IMG/VR virus record: IMGVR_UViG_3300050120_000105
Location: 1 to 60,317 of that record
Length of the DNA stretch: 60,317 bases
Origin: a virus
Taxonomy: Duplodnaviria > Caudoviricetes
Direction: 5' to 3' (one strand)
Position 1 is the first letter of the stretch, and each line of letters begins with the position of its first letter. A program made the position numbers and the translations under genes. The notes under the pieces were generated by a model. It did not search any database and had not been told where the DNA came from. It saw only the letters and a program-made list of their open reading frames with translations. This document shows positions 18,013 through 28,193 of this stretch, piece by piece.

Positions 18013-20160
18013 TCAACATCCGTTCCCCCAGGTCGAAGATGGCGCTATGCCGCCGACATGCGGCGTGCCTGAAACGAAAATGTTATTTCCGCAAATGAAA
18101 GTAGCGCTTGCATTGGACACGGGGGTGTATGGCGCCGGAGCGTCAATGAAATTTCCAGATAGAAATGTGTCGATAGTATTAGATGAAACGCGAACCAACG
18201 TCGGATTGCCAATCCCGGCGTTCGACTGAACTTGATTTTCAGTGATTGTTGTTCCCTGAACTGTGCAAACGGTAGCAGTTAAGTCTATAATCGCGTTGTT
18301 TGCTTCAAGGCTGGTAACTTGTTGTTCAAATACGTTGTGGGATATCCTTGGCGCAAAGGCGCAGGACAGAACCGCCCCACCGGCAGCCGATGAAATGTTG
18401 TTGTTTTCTATTATGAGGGTTCCAGCACCTATAATTTGTGATCCGCCAATACCGGCATTTGGACCAGTGATGATGTTGTTTTGGAAGCGCTGGCTATCGC
18501 CAGCATCGATAAGAAACGCACCTCCGTTGATAATGCCATTCTTGAAGGTGAAGTTGAAAGGAACGCCGTTCGGGTTTGCCAGTCCATTATTAAGTAAGAT
18601 TGCATAATTGCTGGCATTGGTCGAAGCAGAATATACCTCAACTCTATCGAACACGACTTCGGCAATGTTCACCGTAGCTGATGCAGTCGCGTTAATATGA
18701 AATGCAGTACGCCCTGAAGTGTAGGGGTTTAGGAACGCCATATCGGTAAATGAATAGCCACGAGTTACCGTGCCCGCGGCCGGAAATATTTGGAAGGTAT
18801 CGCTTGTTGCAGATGCTCCCGAGAGCAGCGTGAATCCTGAGGTGTACATCCCAGCACCGACGATATTGATCGGCGTGGTGCGAATGATGGTGGAACTTAC
18901 TGCACAAAAGCTATTGGGCAGGTAGATCGTCCCACCATAGGGAATATTACTTAGGGCAGTATTGATAGCGCTGATGTCGTCGGTAGTGCCATCGCATTTC
19001 GCGCCGTAGTCCGTGACGTATGGCCGCTCCGCATTTCGGGTTGCCTGAGTGCGCGATGTCCCGCCCGAGGCCGTATAAGTGACGCCGGTCGCTGAAACGT
19101 CCGAGATTTGCGAGAAAGGATTGAAATCAACCGCTGTGGTGCCAACTGTCGTCGTCGTCGCGCCGAGTGTCCAGGCCGAGTTGTATTGCGTCGCTCCGTT
19201 GGTGACGAAAATATAGGAGCCATTCAACATGGTTGCAGAAGTGTCGAAAAACGTGACGCGAGTCAGTACCCATGCCGCCGATCCAGAGCCCGCGGTGGTG
19301 ACGGAATAAATGCCGTTCTGGGCTGGTGCGGCTTGGTTATTGACGAGGACGATCGCATTCAGCGGTGCTACCGTAGCGTCGACCGTCAGCGTAGAATTCG
19401 AACCCGCCGTGAGTGTCGCGCCAGCGCCTAACGTTCCATTGGAATAAGTCGGCGTATTGGGCAGCACGGCGGCGGTCGCGAGGTAGGCAAAGGACGGCAG
19501 CGGCGTGATGCCCGTGGTGACCGCGGCGTCGACATAGGCTTTGTTCGCCGCATCGGTTGGATTAGTTGGCGTCGGCAATCCGGTGAGCAAAGTGACGCCA
19601 GTAACGTCTATCGCACTAGCGTTCTGCACCGCCATGGTGCCGAATGCAGATCCCCCGGACGCTCCGCTCCATACCTGATAATTGACGCCATCCGAGACTA
19701 CCCAGATGCTTTGCGATGCGGCTAATATAAAACTGGCCGCGCCGTTGATGGTCGAAGTCGTCGGCGTAAGGGTAACGGCCCCAGTCCCGGCATTGGTAAA
19801 ATAAACGTTGAAGGTCGCAAATGATCCCGTGGCCTGCGGCATCGAAATCGCCACGGGCAGCGAATTCGTAGTGCGGATCAGTTGCCCGTAATCGGACGCC
19901 TGTACCGCATAATTAGTGCCCTGCTGCAAATTGACGCCGGCATATTGCTGCCACGAATTGAGCATGTCGGTCACGCAGCCGCGGACAATCGCAGGCGTGA
20001 TGAAGAACGACATCTGGTCGGGAAAGCAGACTCCGATCTCCGTTAGCAGAGTCGCCTTCGACTTCTGCGCTTGAGCGGGCGTCAGCAGGCAAAGGGCAAT
20101 AAAAAAGCCGCCCAGAAGTCGGCTGAAATATCCTGGCTTCATTGGCTTCATCCTCGCCAA
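18013..20160 (-). CDS. Tailspike with pectate-lyase-like beta-helix; N-terminal signal peptide
   Basis: PTNPTDAANKAYVD, VTDYGAKCDGTTDD, Asn-ladder repeats. Confidence 0.8.
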   Translation of the reverse strand: MARMKPMKPGYFSRLLGGFFIALCLLTPAQAQKSKATLLTEIGVCFPDQMSFFITPAIVRGCVTDMLNSWQQYAGVNLQQGTNYAVQASDYGQLIRTTNSLPVAISMPQATGSFATFNVYFTNAGTGAVTLTPTTSTINGAASFILAASQSIWVVSDGVNYQVWSGASGGSAFGTMAVQNASAIDVTGVTLLTGLPTPTNPTDAANKAYVDAAVTTGITPLPSFAYLATAAVLPNTPTYSNGTLGAGATLTAGSNSTLTVDATVAPLNAIVLVNNQAAPAQNGIYSVTTAGSGSAAWVLTRVTFFDTSATMLNGSYIFVTNGATQYNSAWTLGATTTTVGTTAVDFNPFSQISDVSATGVTYTASGGTSRTQATRNAERPYVTDYGAKCDGTTDDISAINTALSNIPYGGTIYLPNSFCAVSSTIIRTTPINIVGAGMYTSGFTLLSGASATSDTFQIFPAAGTVTRGYSFTDMAFLNPYTSGRTAFHINATASATVNIAEVVFDRVEVYSASTNASNYAILLNNGLANPNGVPFNFTFKNGIINGGAFLIDAGDSQRFQNNIITGPNAGIGGSQIIGAGTLIIENNNISSAAGGAVLSCAFAPRISHNVFEQQVTSLEANNAIIDLTATVCTVQGTTITENQVQSNAGIGNPTLVRVSSNTIDTFLSGNFIDAPAPYTPVSNASATFICGNNIFVSGTPHVGGIAPSSTWGNGC

Positions 20161-22028
20161 CTTGCCGTTAAGAGCATTTGCGGCTGTGTGCCGAAGAATG
20201 TCTGGCCATCCCCTAGAGTACCAAGGGTCGCTTCAAGCGAAGTCACGACATTGATTCCGATCGTTGGGGGCGCAACATAATTGGCCGATGAATTCAGGAA
20301 CAGTTCGAACAACGAGCTTGCGCCGCCAAAAACAAAGGTGTTTGAACTCTGAAGACCAGAGGCTGCCGTGGTCGAGTTCCAGCCGATTCCTGTGAAAATT
20401 CCCGCATTCAAGGTCGTCGAAATCGCGTTCACTACTGTCTGGCGTTGGGTAAAAGAAGTGGTCACCATCTCTTCCGGAAGGCCGGCGAAGACCGTCACGT
20501 TGTTGGCGATATTGCCGTTCGAGGGTCTGACGGTCGCCGAGGCATAGGTCCAGTTTGCCGTTGGATCACCAGCCTGCAAAATTATTTTCTGCCGATTATA
20601 AGCGTTCCACACCCCGAACTTTCGCGACTGTCCGTAGCTCCGATAGGCTGAAACCTGACCCGCCGTGGCATCGATCGAGAGCGAGCCGACATAGGTGCAT
20701 TGATTGGCGGGGATCGTATAGGACGAAAGCCCGTTATATCCGATGATGGGTATCGCATTGACCCAGATGCCCTGCAGCCGAGTGAGCTGAGCGCTCCCTG
20801 CGCCAGTTCCCCTATTACCGGCTCCTGCGGTGGGACTTGTCCACGTCGGGCCTGTCACCAGCGTCGGAACGCCGTTATTGGAGAATACGCAGGAATCCTG
20901 GATCGCGGCAGATGCGCTTCCCGCGGTCGTCAGCGTCGCCGTCAATTCCGAGAATGTCACGCTCTTGAAGGTCGAACCGTTCCAGATCGGGATCGTGTTG
21001 CCGACGAACGGCGAATAATAGACCGTCGCCGTTCCGACCACGTCGCCGGTCTGCACCACATCACCGGTCGCCTGTCCCACGAGATTGAGATAACCTTGCG
21101 GCGGGGTCAGGCTTGCCGAACTGCCGCCGCCGCTCGAGGTCGAAGCAGCCGGATTAACCAGATGGAATTCGATATTGGTCGCGTCATAGGACACGATCGG
21201 CATGTTTGACGCATCGATTTCCGAGCCGGATAACGCTGCCGGTCCCGAGGCGGTATCGACCACGATGGCGATCGGCGCGCCGCCGGAAACCGAGATCGTG
21301 GCGGGCCCAGCATTGGAGGCGATTGCCCGAAACTGGATGCTGGCGCCGTCCTGCAGCGCAAACGACGTATCGGTGATGGTGATGGCGTTGCCGGTGCCCC
21401 CGGCGGTGCCCGCAAAATAGATGCCTTGTGGCGAGGTCGAGGCGGTGAGCTGCGAATAGACCGTGTTGCCGAGCGAATCCTGCACCACCATGAGGTAGAT
21501 GCCGGCTCCATAAATGACCGCGCAGCCGTTCTGGTCGAGCGGAACCGGATTCTGGTTGAGTGTGACTTCGCCGGCGTCCTGCCATGTCTGCTTGAAAGTC
21601 TGGGTATTCGGGATGTAGAACCCGACCGAGCCGCCGGCCAGCGACGAATTGATCGAAGTGCTTGAAACTGGTACCGAAAATCCGGTTCCGGTACCTCCGA
21701 TATTGACCGCTGCCGCGCTCAGAACATCCCCGGTGACATATTGTATCCCCGGATTTAAGACGGTCACCGTCGTGACAATTCCGCCGGAAACGGTTATATT
21801 TGCGGTTGCGCCGCTGCCCGAACCCCCGGTGAGCGGGATGCCGCCGTAACTGCCGTTGGTATAGAGAGAACCGCCCGTGATGGTGCCGAGCACGCCGACC
21901 ATGCCGTTGATGCCGGCCTGGGCCTGGAAACAAGTCTCGCCCGGCGGCAAAATCGTGGCTTGTGCGAAGACCTGCCCGCACGACAAGGCCAGCGCAAAGA
22001 GCGCCGCGAAGATGGATTTGAATTTCAT
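20148..22028 (-). CDS. Tail/tailspike protein with head-binding-like domain; N-terminal signal peptide
   Basis: GGSVGFYIPNT..KQTWQD..NPVPLDQNG motif typical of podovirus spike anchors. Confidence 0.75.
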   Translation of the reverse strand: MKFKSIFAALFALALSCGQVFAQATILPPGETCFQAQAGINGMVGVLGTITGGSLYTNGSYGGIPLTGGSGSGATANITVSGGIVTTVTVLNPGIQYVTGDVLSAAAVNIGGTGTGFSVPVSSTSINSSLAGGSVGFYIPNTQTFKQTWQDAGEVTLNQNPVPLDQNGCAVIYGAGIYLMVVQDSLGNTVYSQLTASTSPQGIYFAGTAGGTGNAITITDTSFALQDGASIQFRAIASNAGPATISVSGGAPIAIVVDTASGPAALSGSEIDASNMPIVSYDATNIEFHLVNPAASTSSGGGSSASLTPPQGYLNLVGQATGDVVQTGDVVGTATVYYSPFVGNTIPIWNGSTFKSVTFSELTATLTTAGSASAAIQDSCVFSNNGVPTLVTGPTWTSPTAGAGNRGTGAGSAQLTRLQGIWVNAIPIIGYNGLSSYTIPANQCTYVGSLSIDATAGQVSAYRSYGQSRKFGVWNAYNRQKIILQAGDPTANWTYASATVRPSNGNIANNVTVFAGLPEEMVTTSFTQRQTVVNAISTTLNAGIFTGIGWNSTTAASGLQSSNTFVFGGASSLFELFLNSSANYVAPPTIGINVVTSLEATLGTLGDGQTFFGTQPQMLLTASWRG

Positions 22029-22214
22029 GGAAGGATGTAGCCTTTGAATGCAGAAATCGAGGTTCTGCCGCGTATTCTGTTGGCTGTTTTTCTATTGAGT
22101 TGCTGGACCGGTGCGATGTGGCTGATCTGTCACCGAACCACCTACCGCGATATCCCGAGCGGAATGCCTATTCTGCTGATGCCTTTTGCCTTGCTGATCA
22201 GAGGGCTGCATCGC

Positions 22215-24473
22215 CTATGGCGCAGCCAGCGCATTCGAGCTTTTCTTCGACTGCTGGATTCGCACGACAGTCGGATGCGAAAGAAGCGCGTTGATGGTTT
22301 CCTGCCGCGCCCGCCCGCTCGCTAAAGCGCTTTTCGCCATTTGCATATTGGTGGCGATATCGTGCATCTGGCCCAGCTTCTGCGCGCCCATGTGAACGCC
22401 CTTCGCCAAAATAGAGGCGGTAAGACCAGCGCCGGGAAGTCCTGCGCTCTGCCCTAGAAGTTCTGCCGCCACAGGCGCTATATATTGCAGGGGATTGCCG
22501 CCCCCTACTTCTCTCACCTTAATTCGATCAGCCGCAGATTTAGTTTCGGCAGTCTTAGACCCGGAAACGATCGCGGCATTCGTATCGGCCTCGCGTTTTG
22601 CATCCTGCATCACGCGAACAAGACGGCTTGCTTCTTTATCCCCGAAAAGATGAGCAAGCTTTTCCTGGTTGTAAGGGATGGCTGTGATGTTCTGGCCAGC
22701 GAGAGCGCCATTCTTCACGCTGTTGATCTTCTGATCGATATCAAGCCGCACTCCGAGCCGCTTGGCTACTACCTCTTCGGGCGTCGCGCCTTGCATCCAC
22801 TGCTTCAGAAATTCCGGGCGATCTTCCAAACCATTGGCGCCGCCCCTGTTCTTTAGAACATCAAAGCCCTCGTTAAAGGCTTTGCCTACAGGATCTTCCA
22901 AATGGAAATTGAGTTGCCGAGTCAGATTGTCCGCATTTTCTTTTCCGAACAGAGTTGCGAACTTTCCCTGATTTACATCCTTATTAAGCAAGGAGGCTGC
23001 TTTTGATGCTGGATCTCCAACCGTTTTCATCTGATGGTTCAGCGCCGCTCTCGCTCCTATTTTAACGGCGTCCTGCTCGGCCTTCGATGCGCCGTTGAAC
23101 CATGACGCCAGTGCTTGAGGCGTAGATTTTACGCCAGACGACCCCGCCTGATTTTGGAAAATATTCAATCCGCGATTATATGCATCCATCGCTTGCGATG
23201 GACCTGCCCATGCCTGACGCGCTGCCTTGTAATCGGGATTGATGTCATCGAGCTTTTGGAGAAAGGCAGATCGAACCTTATCAATTGCCCGACCCTGCTC
23301 CGAAAGACGACCGGTCATTGAGTCTTTCGACTCATCCACCATCGCATCAAGGCCTTTTTTCACGACATTCAATGTACGCATATTGGGGGTTTGACCTAAT
23401 ATCGGATCTCCCGCCTCATCAAACCCCTTGATTGCAAAATCGTTAGGATTAAACGGCTTATTTTCTGCGAGCGATTCCAAACGCTGAATGGATACGCCCT
23501 TAGCAATGCCGCTTTTCACGATCGGGTCATCGATGAATTGCTGAAGACGCTCATCCCATGCTACAGGATGCGATAGCGCTTTTTCATAAAGAGGTGCGGC
23601 CTCTTCAGACCTCCGCTTCATCGTATCTTGTAAAACCGTATAGGGGTCAGTTGACGGACCCATTACCTTATCGAGAGCGGCATCGGTGCTTTTTGCGTGG
23701 TCTGCCACCGCTTGTGAAGCACGCTGCTTCAAACCGGCGACCATTTGGGTAATATCTGGCGTTGGCCCCATCGCCTCCGTATATGCCGTATTTGCAGCAT
23801 CTAACCTTGAAGCGGCGCGGTCGCGAACACTGCTCGATATAAAATTCTGCACATCGGGCGTACCGCCTGCCATCAACCCTTGAGTCGTTAACCGCACCGG
23901 ATCGGAAACGTCCGCCAGTGTCAGCCTAGGATTTGATTGCAATCGATTGACGGCCTCGGAAACGTTCTCCGGGCCTACGGCTTTGACCAAAGCGTTCGTC
24001 GCCCGCCTCGATGGTCCCAGCTTTTCGGCGACCGCACCAACAGCAGCCTTGGGAAATTCTTTGCCCGTGATCAAGCCCGCAATCCCAAAAGCATCGGGGA
24101 TCAGGCTCTCACTGGTCGAAGGCGTCGGCGACGCAAGCACGTTGCCGGGGGCCGCTATCGTCTCTGCGAGAGCGTGAGGAATATTAGCTACATAATCTTT
24201 TGTGGCTTGCCACATCCCGCGACCTGGACCAGCAGGCGGCACTTGTGCCGGCGCCACGCCGCCCTGCGCCGCTAAATTTTCCAGCGCTTCATGATCCTGC
24301 CACGATGGCGCGGCTGGCGTCGCAGCGGCCGATCTGCCGGGCAATTCAAACCCGGCAGACTCGAATATCGACGGCGACGCTTTGACCGCGGTTGTTGCGA
24401 CCGGTTTTACATCAGACGCTTTCGGCACCTCAAAGCCAGCCTTAGCGAAAATACTATCGCTATCGTCGGCCAT
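22215..24473 (-). CDS. Large internal virion / DNA injection protein (gp16-like position)
   Basis: Ala/Lys-rich helical sequence, synteny. Confidence 0.7.
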   Translation of the reverse strand: MADDSDSIFAKAGFEVPKASDVKPVATTAVKASPSIFESAGFELPGRSAAATPAAPSWQDHEALENLAAQGGVAPAQVPPAGPGRGMWQATKDYVANIPHALAETIAAPGNVLASPTPSTSESLIPDAFGIAGLITGKEFPKAAVGAVAEKLGPSRRATNALVKAVGPENVSEAVNRLQSNPRLTLADVSDPVRLTTQGLMAGGTPDVQNFISSSVRDRAASRLDAANTAYTEAMGPTPDITQMVAGLKQRASQAVADHAKSTDAALDKVMGPSTDPYTVLQDTMKRRSEEAAPLYEKALSHPVAWDERLQQFIDDPIVKSGIAKGVSIQRLESLAENKPFNPNDFAIKGFDEAGDPILGQTPNMRTLNVVKKGLDAMVDESKDSMTGRLSEQGRAIDKVRSAFLQKLDDINPDYKAARQAWAGPSQAMDAYNRGLNIFQNQAGSSGVKSTPQALASWFNGASKAEQDAVKIGARAALNHQMKTVGDPASKAASLLNKDVNQGKFATLFGKENADNLTRQLNFHLEDPVGKAFNEGFDVLKNRGGANGLEDRPEFLKQWMQGATPEEVVAKRLGVRLDIDQKINSVKNGALAGQNITAIPYNQEKLAHLFGDKEASRLVRVMQDAKREADTNAAIVSGSKTAETKSAADRIKVREVGGGNPLQYIAPVAAELLGQSAGLPGAGLTASILAKGVHMGAQKLGQMHDIATNMQMAKSALASGRARQETINALLSHPTVVRIQQSKKSSNALAAP

Positions 24474-24475
24474 TG

Positions 24476-24958
24476 TCAGTTGCTCTCGATCGCGCGGTTA
24501 ATCGCGTCCAGCGGATCGACGCCGACGCCCGCAACCGGACCCTGCGGCGCGTAGAACGTATGTCCGCCGATCTGGGCGACCGGCGCTTGCGCCCAATTCG
24601 GCAGCGATCCGCCGCGCCGCGCGCGCACGATCTGCGGATTGAGAAAATGGGTCGCACCGTTAGTCGGATCCGGGATATCGCCGTTCGTCACCATGTCGAC
24701 AATATCCGAGGTTTCGCGATAGGCCGGACTCGACGGCTTGATCGCTGCCAATTCCTTTGCTCGCGTCGACCATGGCTCGAATTGGTGAGGCGCCAGCATC
24801 ACGTCGGTCGGTGTCTTGCCATACGAGCCCGCCGCCGTCCTGTTAAGGATGACATGCGCGACCGCCGCCTGCCCCCGCGGGCCTTCCTGCGCCGCTTCGC
24901 CCAGGATGGTTCGCACCATCAGGTCTTTGTCCCTGGCCGAGAGATCATTTACCGGCAT
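24476..24958 (-). CDS. SleB-type cell wall hydrolase (Hydrolase_2)
   Basis: RTILGEA, VAHVILNR, QFEPW, DPTNGATHF, IGGHTFY. Confidence 0.9.
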   Translation of the reverse strand: MPVNDLSARDKDLMVRTILGEAAQEGPRGQAAVAHVILNRTAAGSYGKTPTDVMLAPHQFEPWSTRAKELAAIKPSSPAYRETSDIVDMVTNGDIPDPTNGATHFLNPQIVRARRGGSLPNWAQAPVAQIGGHTFYAPQGPVAGVGVDPLDAINRAIESN

Positions 24959-26141
24959 CGGTCGTTGTCTTCTCTGGTGCCTTCAGCGGTTTGACCCACT
25001 TATGTGAGAGCGCGTTCTTAAATTTGCCCTCGAATTCCTTCATGTCGCCGGGGTCCATTTGCGAGAGAAACTTCTGCTGGTTCTCACGGTTTAGGCGATT
25101 GAACTGGAACACCCGCGGGTCGATTTCCTGACCCATCCGTTCGGCGAACAGATCGTAATCTCCAGGCTTGGCACCATTGGCCCGCGCCGCCAGCCATGCC
25201 TTGCGGGTGGCGTCGATCGCGTCCTGGTTGCCGTGCAGCATGTCGATGACGCCTTCGCGTCCGAACTTCGACATCGATGTCGAAGGATTGGCGCCGACGA
25301 CCGTATGCAGTCCGGCATCGGAGCCATGAAAGAGTTGCGACTGATTGAGGCTGATCTGGTTGGCGATTTTGTCGAAGGACTCGCCGGCTTTCAGTTGCTC
25401 CGGAGTCATGGTGATGCCGAAACCACCCAGCCGGCCCGAAAGCTGGTTGAGTTTCTTTTCGACCTCGAAGGTCGGTCCCCCGAGATTATCTAGAATCTTC
25501 GAATCCGCCTTTAGATTTTCGAGGTCCGCATGATATTGCGGCGACGTCGATGCGCTGGACTGCAGCTTTGCGGCGCGGCCCGCGGCAGACTCGGAAAGCC
25601 CAGCTTCGCCCGGCGCCAGCCCAGTTTCGAACCCGCCGCCGCGAATGGCAGTCGTGTGGCGGATAACGGTCGGCGCTCCGGACGCACTCGGGGGTCCGGT
25701 TTCTGGCGACACCATCGATTCAGGCGACGTTCCCATGGTCCGCAGCGTGGCGATCCCCTGCTTGATTCCTCTCGGCTCGCGCAGCGCGATATCGGCGACC
25801 GTATTGATTGTCGACGCCGGAATATTCGGATGAATCGCCCGGATCGCGGCCTTCATGCGAAAGAAATCGTCGCGGGAGGCATTATCCGGCAACGTGCCGA
25901 GATGATGCGCCACGATTTGCGCGGCAGCTTCGTTTTGGCTGTTCTGCGAGGTGGTATTGGCGATATTCTGGCCTTGCAATGCCGCTTCCGGCTGTTGCGA
26001 AACGGCTGGAAACGTCGCATTGAAAAGCTTTTGCTGGTTGAGCGCACCCATCAATCCAACGACCTTTGCGGGATCGCTCGCCAGCGCATTGTTTTGCGTC
26101 GGCTGATAGGTCGGATAGGTTGGCGCAGCAATATCTGGCAT
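24945..26141 (-). CDS. Internal virion / injection protein
   Basis: Composition and synteny. Confidence 0.65.
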   Translation of the reverse strand: MPDIAAPTYPTYQPTQNNALASDPAKVVGLMGALNQQKLFNATFPAVSQQPEAALQGQNIANTTSQNSQNEAAAQIVAHHLGTLPDNASRDDFFRMKAAIRAIHPNIPASTINTVADIALREPRGIKQGIATLRTMGTSPESMVSPETGPPSASGAPTVIRHTTAIRGGGFETGLAPGEAGLSESAAGRAAKLQSSASTSPQYHADLENLKADSKILDNLGGPTFEVEKKLNQLSGRLGGFGITMTPEQLKAGESFDKIANQISLNQSQLFHGSDAGLHTVVGANPSTSMSKFGREGVIDMLHGNQDAIDATRKAWLAARANGAKPGDYDLFAERMGQEIDPRVFQFNRLNRENQQKFLSQMDPGDMKEFEGKFKNALSHKWVKPLKAPEKTTTDAGK

Positions 26142-26674
26142 CAGTGCACCATTCCAGAATAATTCGCGTGAAGCGCCTTGATATGCTCCATATGATCGTC
26201 ACGCTTGCCGCCGGCATTGCCCGCAAAATGCCCCGCGACATCGCCCAGCGACGGATTGCCCTGCCCGTAGTGATCGAGCAGACCGTTTTCCGCCTGCACC
26301 GTCTGCGCCAGCATGGTCTGCATCCATTTCCGCTGCTGCAACGGGTCAGACGGCACCTGGTCCAGTTGCTGCACGGCCTGTGGAGCGGTGAGCATCCGTT
26401 CCGAGACGAGCTTTGTCACACCGTCGATGATCTTGGATTTCAGATCGGAGCGGCCCGCGGCGGGATCCTTCAGCAGCATCGTCAACTCGCCCTTGATCGC
26501 ATCGAAATGCCGCAGGGCGGCGACCGTCTGCTCGTGCGTCGGAGGCGGCGGCGGGGCTGCAGGAGGTGCGGCACCATTCGCCGGCGGACCGGATTGCTGC
26601 TGCAGCGCATTGCCTGGCGCGCCTTCCTGCGCAGCTGCGGGCGGCGGCATGCCGCTGTCGAGGGCGTTCGGCAT
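26141..26674 (-). CDS. hypothetical virion-region protein
   Basis: Coupled ORF. Confidence 0.65.
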   Translation of the reverse strand: MPNALDSGMPPPAAAQEGAPGNALQQQSGPPANGAAPPAAPPPPPTHEQTVAALRHFDAIKGELTMLLKDPAAGRSDLKSKIIDGVTKLVSERMLTAPQAVQQLDQVPSDPLQQRKWMQTMLAQTVQAENGLLDHYGQGNPSLGDVAGHFAGNAGGKRDDHMEHIKALHANYSGMVH

Positions 26675-27420
26675 CAGGTGAAGCCCATCGCCTTGCCATA
26701 GGCAGCAGACTGTGCATCCGACACTGAGGCCGCATTCATGTTGCCAATATTACCGATCGCGCTTGGCGTGTAGAGCCCGCCGCCAGCGCCGCCATTGCCG
26801 AACAACTGGCTATAGAGCAGCGCATTCTGCGCCGAACCGCTCGCCCCCGTAACCCCGCCTGATAGCGCGCTGGCGCTGCCGAGCGTGCCGGATGCCAGTG
26901 CGTTTCCGGTATTGGTCAGCGTGCCGGCCATGGCGTTGCCGCTGCCGATCGCATCGCCCGCCAGCGCGCCGCCGGCACTGGCGCCCATCCCGGCATAGCC
27001 CTGCAGCGCGTTGACCGTATTGCCCCAGGTATTTTGCGCGAGCCCGTTATTGTACTGCGAGATCGCCGCCGCCAGCGGGCCTGCCGACGCGCCGCTCTTG
27101 GCTGACAAGGCATTGGTCGCAGCCATCGTTCCGTATTGCGACGCGAACTGAAATCCCGGTGTCTGCGATAATAGCGCGTTCTGGTTTGATCCCGGCGTAA
27201 TCAGGCCCTGCAAGGTCGGCAGGACGCTTTGACCGGCTGTCGCATAGGGCTGCAACGCTCCTTGCGCGACGCCGAACATCTGCTTCTGCTGCGCCAGCGC
27301 CTGCTGCTGCAATGCCACCTGCTGCTGCGAAGCCGTTTTCGACGCATTGGCACCGATCAGCGCCGAGCCGACCGATCCCGCCGCCCCTATGCCTCCGGCG
27401 ATCAGCGCGGTGAACGGCAT
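26674..27420 (-). CDS. DNA transfer/ejection protein (P22 gp7-like)
   Basis: Gly/Ala N-terminus, LQPYATAG, TPGFQF motifs. Confidence 0.8.
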   Translation of the reverse strand: MPFTALIAGGIGAAGSVGSALIGANASKTASQQQVALQQQALAQQKQMFGVAQGALQPYATAGQSVLPTLQGLITPGSNQNALLSQTPGFQFASQYGTMAATNALSAKSGASAGPLAAAISQYNNGLAQNTWGNTVNALQGYAGMGASAGGALAGDAIGSGNAMAGTLTNTGNALASGTLGSASALSGGVTGASGSAQNALLYSQLFGNGGAGGGLYTPSAIGNIGNMNAASVSDAQSAAYGKAMGFT

Positions 27421-28193
27421 TGGATCACCCTATAGTTGTCGTTCTCGATCATCAGCAGCGCCGATCCGATGTCGATCAAAAGCGGCGAGCGCGATACCAT
27501 TGCAATCGTTCCGTAGCCGGCAAATCGGGCCCATCGATTATAGAGCACGACCGCTTTTTCCGGCTGGCCGCCGTAGATCATTTCGGCACAGGCCCCGACA
27601 TAGCGGTCATGACATTCCTCGTCGGGATGGTTGTCGTGCAGCGCCTTGTGGCGGGCGAATTCTTCGTCGAGATGGGTATGAAACGCGCGACCGCTCGCGA
27701 TCAGGCACGACGCATTCCTGACCCAGTCTTCGTATTTCAGCGACCAGTATGACATGTCCGCCGGCGGCTCCGTCGGCCAAGCATTCTTGCGCGTGAATTC
27801 CAGCGTAGCTCCCACCATCCGACAGAATGTTGCTGCGGCCTTGTTGAAGGAAGGCACGCGGGTCTGCAAAATCATGCAATCGGTATGCGTGAACATCCAG
27901 CGATAGGCCTCGCGTGAGGCGCGGATGGCGTGGCTGCCTCTATGATTTTCTAGAAACGAGGTATGGACATCATAGATTCCGCCGGAGGGTTCGTTATTTC
28001 CCACCTTCGGCTGCACGAAGATAATGCCGCCGCCTTCCGCCATCAGCAGCACGTTGAGCGGATTCGAGACGAACTCCGTGACATCCATGTCGCCTGCCGC
28101 GATGCCAGGCAATTTGATGGACTCGAATACCGAAGAATCGTTCAGTATTGGGTTGATCTCGGATGCATCGAAGGAGCGGCGGATCAGCATCAT
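27402..28193 (-). CDS. GNAT-like protein (P22 gp14/DUF2824-like)
   Basis: IYDVHTSFL, WMFTHTD, TRVP..NKAA; position after gp10. Confidence 0.65.
   Translation of the reverse strand: MMLIRRSFDASEINPILNDSSVFESIKLPGIAAGDMDVTEFVSNPLNVLLMAEGGGIIFVQPKVGNNEPSGGIYDVHTSFLENHRGSHAIRASREAYRWMFTHTDCMILQTRVPSFNKAAATFCRMVGATLEFTRKNAWPTEPPADMSYWSLKYEDWVRNASCLIASGRAFHTHLDEEFARHKALHDNHPDEECHDRYVGACAEMIYGGQPEKAVVLYNRWARFAGYGTIAMVSRSPLLIDIGSALLMIENDNYRVIQCRSPR

Noticed and set aside
3991-22028. Diversity-generating retroelement acting on tail genes
   Set aside because: No reverse transcriptase ORF and no TR/VR pair noticed.
22044-22325. Plus-strand small membrane protein
   Set aside because: TTG start without clear RBS and a 110-nt convergent overlap with the injection gene; possible but unsupported.
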